Positions 1-8,411 of a stretch of 24,000 bases of DNA are shown in pieces. The translations under genes and the position numbers were made by a program. Origin of the DNA: Nocardia uniformis NBRC 13702 (lineage in GTDB: Bacteria > Actinomycetota > Actinomycetes > Mycobacteriales > Mycobacteriaceae); contig NZ_BDCE01000044.1 of the NCBI RefSeq assembly GCF_001613345.1, positions 97,750 through 121,749 of the forward strand, read 5' to 3'. The notes under the pieces were generated by a model. It searched no databases. It saw nothing but the letters and a program-made list of their open reading frames with translations, and was not told the origin of the DNA. How positions within the stretch are numbered: position 1 is the stretch's first letter; each line of letters begins with the position of its first letter.

Positions 1-1
1 C

Positions 2-1432
2 GCCGATGGCCGGGATCTTGCCCAGGCGGACGCGGCAGGTGCCGAGACCGCGGGCGGCGAGCGGGCCGCATGGCTGTCCTTCACCGGCTGTCTGATCGCG
101 GTATTCATGCAGATGATCGATGGCACGATCGTGATTACCGCGCTGCCCAGTATCAGCGCGGACCTGGCGGCATCGCGGCAGGCGCAGTTGCTGGTGGTAT
201 CGGGTTATGCGCTGGCTTTCGCGTGCACACTGCTCACCGCGGCCAGAATCGGTGAGCTGGTGGGGCGGCGCACCATGTTCCTGGCCTCGGTGGTGGCCTT
301 CACGGTCGCCTCGGTGTGGTGCGGGATGTCGGGCAGCGCGGTCGAACTCGTCACCGCGCGGGTGCTGCAGGGCATTGCCGCCGCCGGCATGGCGGCGCAG
401 ACCATTGCCATTGCCACCGCCAGTTTTCCGCGCCGCCGACACCCGCAGGTTTTCGCCATCTACGGCGCCATGGCCGGGTTCGCCGGAATGCTGGGGCCGA
501 TTCTCGGCGGAGCGCTGGTCACGGCCGATCTTTTCGGGCTCGGCTGGCATGCGATCTTCCTGATCAATCTGCCGCTCGGGTTGATCGCGTTCGCGCTGGT
601 GCTGCGCTATCTGCGGCTGGGCCGTCCGGCGCAGCGAGAACGGCTGGATCTCGGCGGGGTGGCGCTGTCCACCGTGAGTCTGTTCGTCCTGCTCTACGCT
701 CTCACCGATATCCAGCAGAATGGCTGGCGGCCAGGGGCTCTGGCATTGATCGGCGTCGCCGTCGGCGGTGCGGCGGCGTTCTGCGCCCAGCAGCGTCGGA
801 AGGCACGCGACGGCAGTGGTGCGCTGGTGCGGTTCGACCTGTTCGCCGACCGCCGTTTCGCCATCGGCTCCGTGCTGGTGACCGTATTCTTCGGCCTGTT
901 CACCGCTTTCGTATTCGCGATCTCGGTCACCCTGCAGGACGAACTGGGGTTCTCGCCCTGGCGTACCGGGCTGATGATGACGCCCTTCGCGGTCGGCGTC
1001 TGTGCGGGTGCGCTCCTCTCGCCGATACTGGTGCGGCGCTGGGGAGTTCGCACCCTGACGGCGGGTATCACCACCTACGGCGTCTGGGTGGCGATCGGGG
1101 CCGGTTATCTATATCTGACCGACGGTGTCGTATCCACCGCCCTGGTCATCGGGCCGGTCTTCCTGGCGGGGTCGAGCGTTGGAATGTTCTTCGTACCACT
1201 GCAACCGATCATGCTCTCCGGCCTGAGGCAGCGGCAGATGGACGCGGCGTCGGGCCTGCTCCCGACCATCGAGCAGATCGGAAACGCGCTGGGGCTGGCG
1301 CTGCTGAGTGCGGTGTTCTTCCGCGCGCACACCCTGGGAGGCAGTGTCACCATGTTCGCGGCGATCGCGGCGGTGGCGATCGCCATGGGTGTGCTCACGT
1401 TAGCGCTGCCCGAATCGGCGGAGCGGCGATGA
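2..1432 (+). CDS. MFS transporter, DHA2 (EmrB/QacA-type) drug/H+ antiporter family; 5' end outside window
   Basis: The frame is open from nt 2 to the TGA at 1430-1432. The product is a chain of hydrophobic helices with MFS signatures: TM1 'IDGTIVITALPSI' and a loop 2-3 motif-A-like 'ARIGELVGRRTMFL'. The first ATG in the ORF track (107) falls inside TM1 ('WLSFTGCLIAVFMQMIDG' reads through it), so the real start lies upstream of the window. Confidence 0.85.
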   Translation, partial: ADGRDLAQADAAGAETAGGERAAWLSFTGCLIAVFMQMIDGTIVITALPSISADLAASRQAQLLVVSGYALAFACTLLTAARIGELVGRRTMFLASVVAFTVASVWCGMSGSAVELVTARVLQGIAAAGMAAQTIAIATASFPRRRHPQVFAIYGAMAGFAGMLGPILGGALVTADLFGLGWHAIFLINLPLGLIAFALVLRYLRLGRPAQRERLDLGGVALSTVSLFVLLYALTDIQQNGWRPGALALIGVAVGGAAAFCAQQRRKARDGSGALVRFDLFADRRFAIGSVLVTVFFGLFTAFVFAISVTLQDELGFSPWRTGLMMTPFAVGVCAGALLSPILVRRWGVRTLTAGITTYGVWVAIGAGYLYLTDGVVSTALVIGPVFLAGSSVGMFFVPLQPIMLSGLRQRQMDAASGLLPTIEQIGNALGLALLSAVFFRAHTLGGSVTMFAAIAAVAIAMGVLTLALPESAERR

Positions 1433-1463
1433 AGACGAACAAACCAGAACTGGTTCGCGAGAT

Positions 1464-1487
1464 GTTTGCCGGAAATATCAGCGGGTA
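1464..1487 (+). promoter_or_regulatory. SigF-type promoter candidate (GTTT-N15-GGGTA)
   Basis: GTTT at 1464-1467, a 15-nt spacer, then GGGTAG at 1483-1488. It sits 32 nt after the MFS stop and upstream of the PRC-barrel/DUF2382 stress gene. It matches the published mycobacterial SigF consensus GTTT-N15-17-GGGTA. It is the only such match I found on either strand of the window. Confidence 0.5.
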
Positions 1488-1636
1488 GTTGCCGCTGTGT
1501 AGCTGGTTCTGCTCATCGGGACCGGCCGGGCATCCGCAATCGCGCGATCGTCCCATTGTTCGCACCGAGCGGTCGTATCGCGCGAGATGTCGTTCCACAT
1601 CCGCTTCAGCAAATACCGAAGTATCGAGGAGGAATC

Positions 1637-2392
1637 CTGACCGGACTACTCGACGAGATCATCGGTAATGCCGTGTACGACCGCAGTGGCGACAAGATCG
1701 GCAAGGTCAAGCAGATCTATATCGACAACACCTCCGGCTCGCCGACCTGGGCCGCGGTATCGACCGGCTTCTTCCACGACGACTCCCTTGTCCCGCTGGT
1801 CGGCGCCCAACACGCCGCCGGGTCCGACGCGCTGAAACTGCAGGTCGACAAGGACGAGGTGAAATCCGCCCCGCACATCACGCTGGACCACGACATCAGC
1901 GTCGACGAGGAAGAGCAGCTGTTCACCCACTATCGCGTCGACCCGCGCCGAGCCGGATGGGACGCCTTCGTCGAAACCACCGGCCAGCAGGGTCGCGGCG
2001 AGCGGGCGATGACGACCGATGAGGAGATGATCCGCTCGGCGGAACATCTCGAGGTGAACAGGGAGCGCACCACGAGCGGTAAGGCGCGGCTGCGCAAGTA
2101 CGCGGTCACCGAGGAGCAGACCATCACGGTGCCGACCACGCACGAGGAGGTCCGCATCGAACGCGAACCGATCACCGACCCCGACATGGTCGGGCGTGCC
2201 GATATCGGTGAGGAGGAACGCGAGGTGACACTGCGCGAGGACCACCTGACGCTCGGCAAGGAATCCGTGCCGGTCGAGCGGGTCCGCCTGGCCGTCGACG
2301 AGGTCGAGGACACTCAGACCATGTCGGGCACCGTGCGCAAGGAACGCTTCGAAACCGAAGGTATCGAGGAGGACCCCGAGGGCAAACGGTAG
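1637..2392 (+). CDS. PRC-barrel + DUF2382 (YsnF/AvaK-like) general-stress protein
   Basis: N-terminal PRC-barrel signature 'LLDEIIGNAVYDRSGDKIGKVKQIYIDNTSGSPTWAAVSTGFF'. C-terminal half has DUF2382-type repeats ('EHLEVNRERTTSGKARLRKYAVTEEQTITVP', 'EVTLREDHLTLGKESVPVERVRLAVDEVED'). The stop at 2390-2392 is firm. The start is uncertain. The track ORF begins at TTG 1466, which overlaps the predicted promoter. A strong SD (GAGGAGG, 1626-1632) precedes an in-frame CTG at 1637 that would give a natural 'MTGLLDEIIG' N-terminus. Alternatives are TTG 1556 and GTG 1673. Confidence 0.85.
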   Translation: MTGLLDEIIGNAVYDRSGDKIGKVKQIYIDNTSGSPTWAAVSTGFFHDDSLVPLVGAQHAAGSDALKLQVDKDEVKSAPHITLDHDISVDEEEQLFTHYRVDPRRAGWDAFVETTGQQGRGERAMTTDEEMIRSAEHLEVNRERTTSGKARLRKYAVTEEQTITVPTTHEEVRIEREPITDPDMVGRADIGEEEREVTLREDHLTLGKESVPVERVRLAVDEVEDTQTMSGTVRKERFETEGIEEDPEGKR

Positions 2393-2408
2393 TCGCGTCC
2401 TCCCGGCA

Positions 2409-2444
2409 GGCGTCCACCGGCAGTCTCAACTCCCGGTGGACGCC
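2409..2444. terminator. Bidirectional hairpin between convergent genes
   Basis: Perfect 12-bp inverted repeat GGCGTCCACCGG (2409-2420) / CCGGTGGACGCC (2433-2444) with a 12-nt loop. It lies between the stop of the stress gene (2392) and the stop of the esterase (2491). Confidence 0.6.
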
Positions 2445-2490
2445 GTCGTTGTCCGACCCCGACTGTCGTTGGCCGAACCCGACTACGGCT

Positions 2491-3465
2491 CTAGACGCCG
2501 AGGGCGGCGGCGAACACTGGCCACGAATCGTGCAGATCGTCCTGCCAGTACGGCCACGCGTGGGTGCCGTCGCGGTGCACCACGTGGGCCGGAATACCGA
2601 GTGCGGCCAGCCGGTCGGTGAGGGAGGCGGTGCACGCCCGCACGATCGATTCCATGGTGCCGCCCACGGCCATCCGATCGGCCAGCCGACCGACATCACC
2701 GCCGATCGACGGGTCGGTGAGGGTGTCGTGGATTCCCGCCGCACCGTTGCCGGCCGAGATATACAGGGCCGTGCCGCGCAGCCGGTCGGCATTGAGGATC
2801 GGATCGTGTGCCGCCCAGGCCGGATTGTCCGACGCGCCCCACATATTGCCCGCGTTCGCGCCGAAGAACCCCAGCTGGGAATGCACGTAGGCGCGGGCCA
2901 GCGGGTCGCTGGTGCGCGGGCATCCGCTGTAGGAGCCCACCGCCTGATACAGGTGGGGTGCCTCGATCGCGAGATTGAGTGCGGAGGTCGCCGACATCGA
3001 GGTGCCGGCAATGGCATTGCGGCCGGTCATACCGAAATGGTTTTCCAGTAGCGGCGGCAGCTCGGCGGTCAGGAAGGTGGACCACCGGTTCCGGCCGAGC
3101 GCCGGATCGTCGGCCACCCAGTCGCTGTAGTAGGAGGCGCGGCCACCGATCGGCTGGATGACATTGACCGGCTTATCGGCGAAGAACTGCGCGACATCGG
3201 TGCGATTGGTCCATGGACCGCCCGTTTCGCCGCCGTCGACCGCATTGAGCAGATACAGCGCGGGTGCGGGCCCACCCGGATGCGATACCCACACCGGAAA
3301 AGCCCGGTTCATCGCCGCCGAGTAGACGACCACCTCGAACTGGCGACCACCGAGTGGGCGCACCTCGACAATCGCGGAACCGCCGGGCTCCGCGGTCGCC
3401 GGGGCAGGCAACAGCACAGTGAATGCGGCGATCAGGACGATCAGGCAGCGTGGCAACCGGTGCAT
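2491..3465 (-). CDS. Secreted esterase / acyltransferase of the antigen-85 (mycolyltransferase, esterase-D) family
   Basis: ATG at 3465 gives a signal peptide 'MHRLPRCLIVLIAAFTVLLPAPATA'. Ag85-like motifs are present: nucleophile elbow 'AIAGTSMSATSAL' (G-x-S-M-x) and the C-terminal His motif 'DGTHAWPYWQDDL'. The 95 extra N-terminal residues of the 419-aa track ORF are Arg/Pro/Gly-rich and not protein-like. Confidence 0.85.
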   Translation of the reverse strand: MHRLPRCLIVLIAAFTVLLPAPATAEPGGSAIVEVRPLGGRQFEVVVYSAAMNRAFPVWVSHPGGPAPALYLLNAVDGGETGGPWTNRTDVAQFFADKPVNVIQPIGGRASYYSDWVADDPALGRNRWSTFLTAELPPLLENHFGMTGRNAIAGTSMSATSALNLAIEAPHLYQAVGSYSGCPRTSDPLARAYVHSQLGFFGANAGNMWGASDNPAWAAHDPILNADRLRGTALYISAGNGAAGIHDTLTDPSIGGDVGRLADRMAVGGTMESIVRACTASLTDRLAALGIPAHVVHRDGTHAWPYWQDDLHDSWPVFAAALGV

Positions 3466-3503
3466 GAGTGGAGTATCCCCCGACCGAGGTCGCTTTTCGG
3501 TGA

Positions 3504-4202
3504 TCAGCGGGCGTGTTCGTCGGCGGAATGCACCCGGAGTTCGGTGATCGCATCCGCATCCGGGCCGTCGACCAGCATTCGGTCGGCAATCGCCCAGCGC
3601 AGGTTGCGGGGCAGGTCCGGTGCCAACCGCGTGAAATACGCGTACAACCAGTCGGCGCGGGAGACCAGGAAGGGGAAGTCGGTGCTCATCATCGGACGCA
3701 GCACCAGCATCGGCACCGGGGCGTCCAGTGGATGGAAGTCGCGATTCCACAGTCCCGGCACCGGACAGCCCGGATAGAACTGACCGAGCATCAGTCCCTC
3801 CGCCACCACCTGGGTCTTACGCGCCCGGTGTACGGCATCGATCATGTCGTAGCGGGTCAGCTCCGGAAAGACGGTGACAAGCGTCAAACGCCGTGCGTCC
3901 GTGGGGCTTTCCCGCATAAGCCCGCAGTACAGCTCGAACGCGTCGTCGAGGGTGTGGTTGATGCGCTGCGCTGACAACGCGTCGCCGCCCCCGGCCGATC
4001 CCGCCCAGATGAGCTGCTGTGCCGCACTGTTGCGCACGAACGGGCACACCGCTCCCGGCCGCCCCAGCTCCGGATGTGGGCGGGGCAGATAATCGTCCAT
4101 CCACCGCAGTAGCGTTTCGGCCGCCCGCCCCTGCCGCTTCCACTGCTCGGGGTCCGCGTACACATTCCACCAGTGCACGCCGGTGCGCGGTCCGGTCCTC
4201 AT
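3504..4202 (-). CDS. Uncharacterised conserved-looking protein (232 aa), translationally coupled to the NRPS
   Basis: The ATG at 4200-4202 overlaps the NRPS TGA (ATGA, 4199-4202). GC3 is strong. The product 'MRTGPRTGVHWWNVYADPEQW...' has no signal peptide or TM segment. It has two Cys motifs, 'GAVCPFV' and 'FYPGCPVPGLWN'. I cannot place it in a named family from memory. The 44 upstream codons of the track ORF are Arg-rich overlap with the NRPS C-terminus. Confidence 0.75.
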   Translation of the reverse strand: MRTGPRTGVHWWNVYADPEQWKRQGRAAETLLRWMDDYLPRPHPELGRPGAVCPFVRNSAAQQLIWAGSAGGGDALSAQRINHTLDDAFELYCGLMRESPTDARRLTLVTVFPELTRYDMIDAVHRARKTQVVAEGLMLGQFYPGCPVPGLWNRDFHPLDAPVPMLVLRPMMSTDFPFLVSRADWLYAYFTRLAPDLPRNLRWAIADRMLVDGPDADAITELRVHSADEHAR

Positions 4203-7200
4203 CGGAGGTCCTCCCGCCGCAGGTGCGCGTCGAGAACCGGACCGATGACGGCGACGACGTCGGCATTGACGAGCTGGGCGTGGACGGTCTCGACGGGATG
4301 TTCGATGAGCGCGCCGGTGACGTAGGGCCGCCACAGCTGCGCTCCGAGCAGTTCGGTCACGCCGCGGGTGGCCGAGAAGTACAGCAGATCACCGTCGAAG
4401 ACACCGGGGCGGTAGCCGTGCGACAGGCGCACCCCGTCGGCGTAGCAGCGATGCAGGCGAGTCAGCTGCTCGGCGGTCAGACCGGTGCCGAAGGAGGCTG
4501 CGGCGGTCGCCAATTCGGCGGCCGCCGCCTCGGCGGTGAGGTCCGCGAGCGCGTCACCGTCCTCGGGTTCGTCACCGAGCAGGTGGGTGAGCAGATCCCG
4601 CATGCGCGGTGTCGACGGGGGCGACATGGAGTCGGGGAAGACGACGCTGTCGAGCATGGCCAGGGTCGCGACTCGCGCGCCGCGCTCGCGCAGCCGGACG
4701 GCGATGGCGTGGGCGATCTGCCCGCCCAGCGACCAGCCCAGCAGATGATAGGGCCCGTCGGGCTGCACCCGCAGGATCTGTTCGACATAGCCGTCGGCGA
4801 GATCGTCGATGCTGGCGCCGTCGCGCGGTTCACCCGTCAACGTCAGGGCTTGCAGGCCGTAGACGGGCCGGTCGGTGACCTGGCGGGCCAATCCCGCGTA
4901 GCACCACGCCAGCGGGACGGCCGAGTGCACGCAGAACAGCGGCGGACGGAATCCTTTGCGGCGCAGTGTGAGCACAACACCGAGGGCGTCATCGGTGGCG
5001 GTGCTGCCATCGTGGTCGGCGATGCGCGCGGCGAGTTCTCGCACGGTCGGGGCGGTGTAGAGCCAGCGCACCGTCACCGGCAGCCCGGTCGCGGCGGCCA
5101 GCTCGGCCGAAAGCGCCACGCCGAGCAGGGAATTGCCGCCCAGTTCGAAGAAATCGTCGTCGAGGCCGACGCGCGTCGTCTCGGTCAGTGCCGCGAAGTG
5201 GTCGGCGACCAGGCGCTGTGGTTCGGATTCAGGGGCGCGATAGGGCCGCTGCACGATCGGTGGCGCGGGCAGGGCGGCTCGATCGATCTTGCCGTGCGCG
5301 GTGACCGGTAGTCGTTCCAGCTCGACCAGTTGCGCGGGCACCAGTGTGGCGGGCAGCAGTTCGCGCAGGCGGCGGGTGAGATCGGCGTGGTCGAGCTTGT
5401 TTCCCTGGGCGGCAACGATATATCCGATAAGCCGGAGCCCGTGCGGTCCGTCGTGGGTGGTGACGACGGCATGCGTTATCCCGGGCAGCGTCGTCAGCGC
5501 GGCCTCCACCTCCGCTGGTTCGGCACGACGGCCGCGCACGCTCAGCTGATCGTCGGCCCGACCGAGGAATTCCAGGGCATGATCGGCCGCCGAGCGGACG
5601 AGATCGCCGGTGCGGTAGACGCGTTCGCCGGTGCCGAAGGGATCGGCGACGAAGCGCTCAGCGGTGGCACCGGGCCGATGTAGATAGCCCTGTGCCACAG
5701 CGGGACCGCCCAGGTACAGCTCGCCCTGTCCGCACGGCGGCGGCGGGCGCAGTCGGCTATCGAGAATCAGTGTCCGCACCCCGGGCAGCGCCGGACCGAT
5801 CGGCACCGGTCCGTCGGTGGTCAATGCCGGTGATTGCGTTGCCATGACAGTGGTTTCGGTGGGGCCGTACCCATTGAACAATCGCAGCGCGGGGGCCCAG
5901 CGGCGGACGAGGTCGGCGGGGCAGGCCTCGCCGCCCACCACCGCGACCCGCAATCGGAGCACCTGCGCCGGGGTCAGGGTCGCCAATACCGCGGGGGTGG
6001 TGAGGAAATGGGTGATCGCGGCGTCGTTCAACAACCCGGCCAGCTCGGCTCCCGCCACCACCGAGGGTGGTTCGACAATCAGCCGAGCCCCGCCCGCGAA
6101 GGCGGCGAGCAATTCGAGCAGATGCGCGTCGAAGGAGGGAGCGTGCGCGTGCAGCACCCGCGAATCCCGGTCTACCCCATAGTGTTCGACAATGTGGTCG
6201 GTGAGCGGACCGAGTCCGCGGTGACTGACGACCACACCCTTCGGGGTGCCGGTGGTGCCCGAGGTGTAGATGAGATAGGCCGGATGATCGGGGTGCAGCG
6301 GCCGGATCCGCTCGTCGTCCCGGATCGGCGCGCCGGACCGTCGTTGTACCCGCGCGAGGGTCCCCGGATCATCGAGGGACCGCCAGACTGGTTGCGGTGG
6401 GAGTTCACCGCGGACGGTGGCCACGGTCAAACCCCAGCGCGCGCCGGAGTTCGTGGCGACCGTTGCCGCTCGTCGGGCCGGATCGGCGGGATCGACCGGC
6501 ACGAAGGCGGCCCCGGTCTTCGCCACCGCCCACATCGCGAGTACAGATTCGGCCGACCGTGGCACCGCCACCAGCACGAAAGTGCCCGGCCCTGCCCCCG
6601 ATTCGATCAGCTCGCGCGCCCACCGTGATGACATTTCGTCCAGTTCGCGATAGGTCCAGGTGTGGACGCCATCCTGGACCGCGACCCGGTCGAGGGCCAA
6701 CTGCGGACCGACGGGGGAGTCGGCGCTGTGGTCACCGGTCAGCCTGGTGCGCAAGAGATCCGGTAGTAGTCGGTCGGTTCGCGACGCCTTCGTGACCGGC
6801 AGGACGCGATCGGGATCCAATGTCCGTACCGGCTGTCGCGGCTCGGCGAGGAAGCGATCGAGGTAGGCCAGAAATTGCCGGTGATGTGCGGCGAGCGCAG
6901 CCTCGGAGTACAGCTCCGAGTTGGCTTGCATGCCTATGGTGATCGATTGCTCGTCGGGCCCGAGCTGATAGCCGTTGACCAGCAGATCTTCTACCGGTCC
7001 CAATGCCAGCAGGTGCACGTGCGCGGTGAGGGTCCCCATGCGCAATGGTTCTACGGCTCCGAGCAAATTCACTACCGGGCCGAAACTGCCTCGCGCGGTG
7101 AGGGTTTCACCTCGATCCTGCAGGATGTCCTCATACCGGCAGCGCTGATGCCGCAGTGCGCCGACCACCCGGGCCCGCACCTGCTCGACCACCTCCGCCG

Positions 7201-8206
7201 CGGTGGCATCGCGAAGACCGCGCAGCCGCAGCGGGACCACATTCGATACCGAGCCCGCCGACCGCCGCAACGCCGCCGTCGGTCGTGCCGCCACCGGCAG
7301 CGACAGCAGTATCTCGTCGGTATCGGCCATCGCGGCCAGGTAGCAGGCGAAAGCCGCGATGGTCAGTTCCGGAAACGTATGACCGCCGTCGTGCCGCCAG
7401 GCGCTCAGGCGATCGGCGGTCCGTTCCGGCAGTGTCGCCGCCACCCGGTGCGGCGGGCGGGGGCGGACCGCCGATCGTCCGGCCAGTCGTACCGGCTCGG
7501 TAATACCCGCCAGCTGCTCCGACCAGTACTCGCGATCGGACCGCGCCCGCACCGAATCGGAGTAGGCGCGCTCCTCTGCGAGTAGTTCGGCGATCGTCAA
7601 CGGGCTCCGCGACGAGGTCCCCGACTCGCCATCCTCTGCTGGTTCGGCCACCGAACCCAGTGCGGCGGTGTACAACTCGACGGTGCGCCGCAGTACCACC
7701 GCGGCGCCGATGCCATCCACCACAATGTGATGGCTGCGCAGGTACAGCAGATGGATATCTGGTCCGACGTGGAAAGCGGTGGCGGCGGTCAGCCGGTCGG
7801 TGAGCAGGTTCAGCGGCGAGCTGTGGTCGCGCTCCATCCATTCGAGCGCGATCGCGACGGCGGCCGGACCGGGGCGGGCGGTGAGATCCTCATAACCCAT
7901 CGGGGCGAACGCGTCGGGGTCCAGGAACTGTTCGGGATACCCACCGGAGAGTCGGAACCGAAGATGCGGGGACTGCAACTCCCACGCGGCCCGCGCGGTG
8001 CACTCCCGCATGAGGTCCACACGCAGCGGACCGCGCAGCTCCAGATACATGGCGACGGTATTCGGCACTTCCGGATACAGCTGCTGGGCGACCCACCAGC
8101 GCAATTGCGTAGCCGACAGTGGCAGGCCGGTCTCCGCGGCAGCGGTGGCGGGTGCCGTCCGCACCGCGGATCGTGACTCGACCGGGTCTGTATCGGCCCG
8201 CGGCAC
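4199..8206 (-). CDS. Non-ribosomal peptide synthetase, single module C-A-T-TE (1335 aa)
   Basis: Core motifs occur in order. C: 'SHHIVVDGIG' (aa 158-167). A: 'TYRELD', 'AYLIYTSGTTGTPKGV', 'FDAHLLE', 'NGYGPTETT', 'GELYLGGPAVAQGY', 'YRTGDL', 'GRADDQLSVRGRR', 'LPVTAHGKIDR'. T: 'FFELGGNSL'. TE: 'GWSLGG'. The GTG start at 8206 lies 4 nt after AGGAGG (reverse complement of 8211-8216). Confidence 0.95.
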   Translation of the reverse strand: MPRADTDPVESRSAVRTAPATAAAETGLPLSATQLRWWVAQQLYPEVPNTVAMYLELRGPLRVDLMRECTARAAWELQSPHLRFRLSGGYPEQFLDPDAFAPMGYEDLTARPGPAAVAIALEWMERDHSSPLNLLTDRLTAATAFHVGPDIHLLYLRSHHIVVDGIGAAVVLRRTVELYTAALGSVAEPAEDGESGTSSRSPLTIAELLAEERAYSDSVRARSDREYWSEQLAGITEPVRLAGRSAVRPRPPHRVAATLPERTADRLSAWRHDGGHTFPELTIAAFACYLAAMADTDEILLSLPVAARPTAALRRSAGSVSNVVPLRLRGLRDATAAEVVEQVRARVVGALRHQRCRYEDILQDRGETLTARGSFGPVVNLLGAVEPLRMGTLTAHVHLLALGPVEDLLVNGYQLGPDEQSITIGMQANSELYSEAALAAHHRQFLAYLDRFLAEPRQPVRTLDPDRVLPVTKASRTDRLLPDLLRTRLTGDHSADSPVGPQLALDRVAVQDGVHTWTYRELDEMSSRWARELIESGAGPGTFVLVAVPRSAESVLAMWAVAKTGAAFVPVDPADPARRAATVATNSGARWGLTVATVRGELPPQPVWRSLDDPGTLARVQRRSGAPIRDDERIRPLHPDHPAYLIYTSGTTGTPKGVVVSHRGLGPLTDHIVEHYGVDRDSRVLHAHAPSFDAHLLELLAAFAGGARLIVEPPSVVAGAELAGLLNDAAITHFLTTPAVLATLTPAQVLRLRVAVVGGEACPADLVRRWAPALRLFNGYGPTETTVMATQSPALTTDGPVPIGPALPGVRTLILDSRLRPPPPCGQGELYLGGPAVAQGYLHRPGATAERFVADPFGTGERVYRTGDLVRSAADHALEFLGRADDQLSVRGRRAEPAEVEAALTTLPGITHAVVTTHDGPHGLRLIGYIVAAQGNKLDHADLTRRLRELLPATLVPAQLVELERLPVTAHGKIDRAALPAPPIVQRPYRAPESEPQRLVADHFAALTETTRVGLDDDFFELGGNSLLGVALSAELAAATGLPVTVRWLYTAPTVRELAARIADHDGSTATDDALGVVLTLRRKGFRPPLFCVHSAVPLAWCYAGLARQVTDRPVYGLQALTLTGEPRDGASIDDLADGYVEQILRVQPDGPYHLLGWSLGGQIAHAIAVRLRERGARVATLAMLDSVVFPDSMSPPSTPRMRDLLTHLLGDEPEDGDALADLTAEAAAAELATAAASFGTGLTAEQLTRLHRCYADGVRLSHGYRPGVFDGDLLYFSATRGVTELLGAQLWRPYVTGALIEHPVETVHAQLVNADVVAVIGPVLDAHLRREDLR

Positions 8207-8411
8207 CGTGCCTCCTTACCCCCCGAACAGCGTTGATCGAACTGTCCGTTGCAACCTACTTCATCCGCCGAGCCCGATCAGGGATGAACCGCCGGGGCCC
8301 GGCCGTCAGCACACACCGCCGTCGACCTCACGACCGGGTGGCCGGTCTCGGTGATATCGCGGCCCTCATTAGCATCACTACGGCGAACGAATCCAGGAAA
8401 CCCGAGGACGT

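Noticed and set aside
3466-3750. N-terminal 95-aa extension of the esterase ORF (419-aa version)
   Set aside because: The extension is Arg/Pro/Gly-rich and overlaps the upstream gene. The internal ATG at 3465 is followed directly by a classical signal peptide.
4019-8176. Many plus-strand ORFs of 80-430 aa overlapping the NRPS (for example 4019-5311, 5834-6628, 6875-7585)
   Set aside because: All are off-frame or antisense to a motif-complete NRPS. Their Arg/Gly/Pro-rich composition is typical of high-GC shadow frames.
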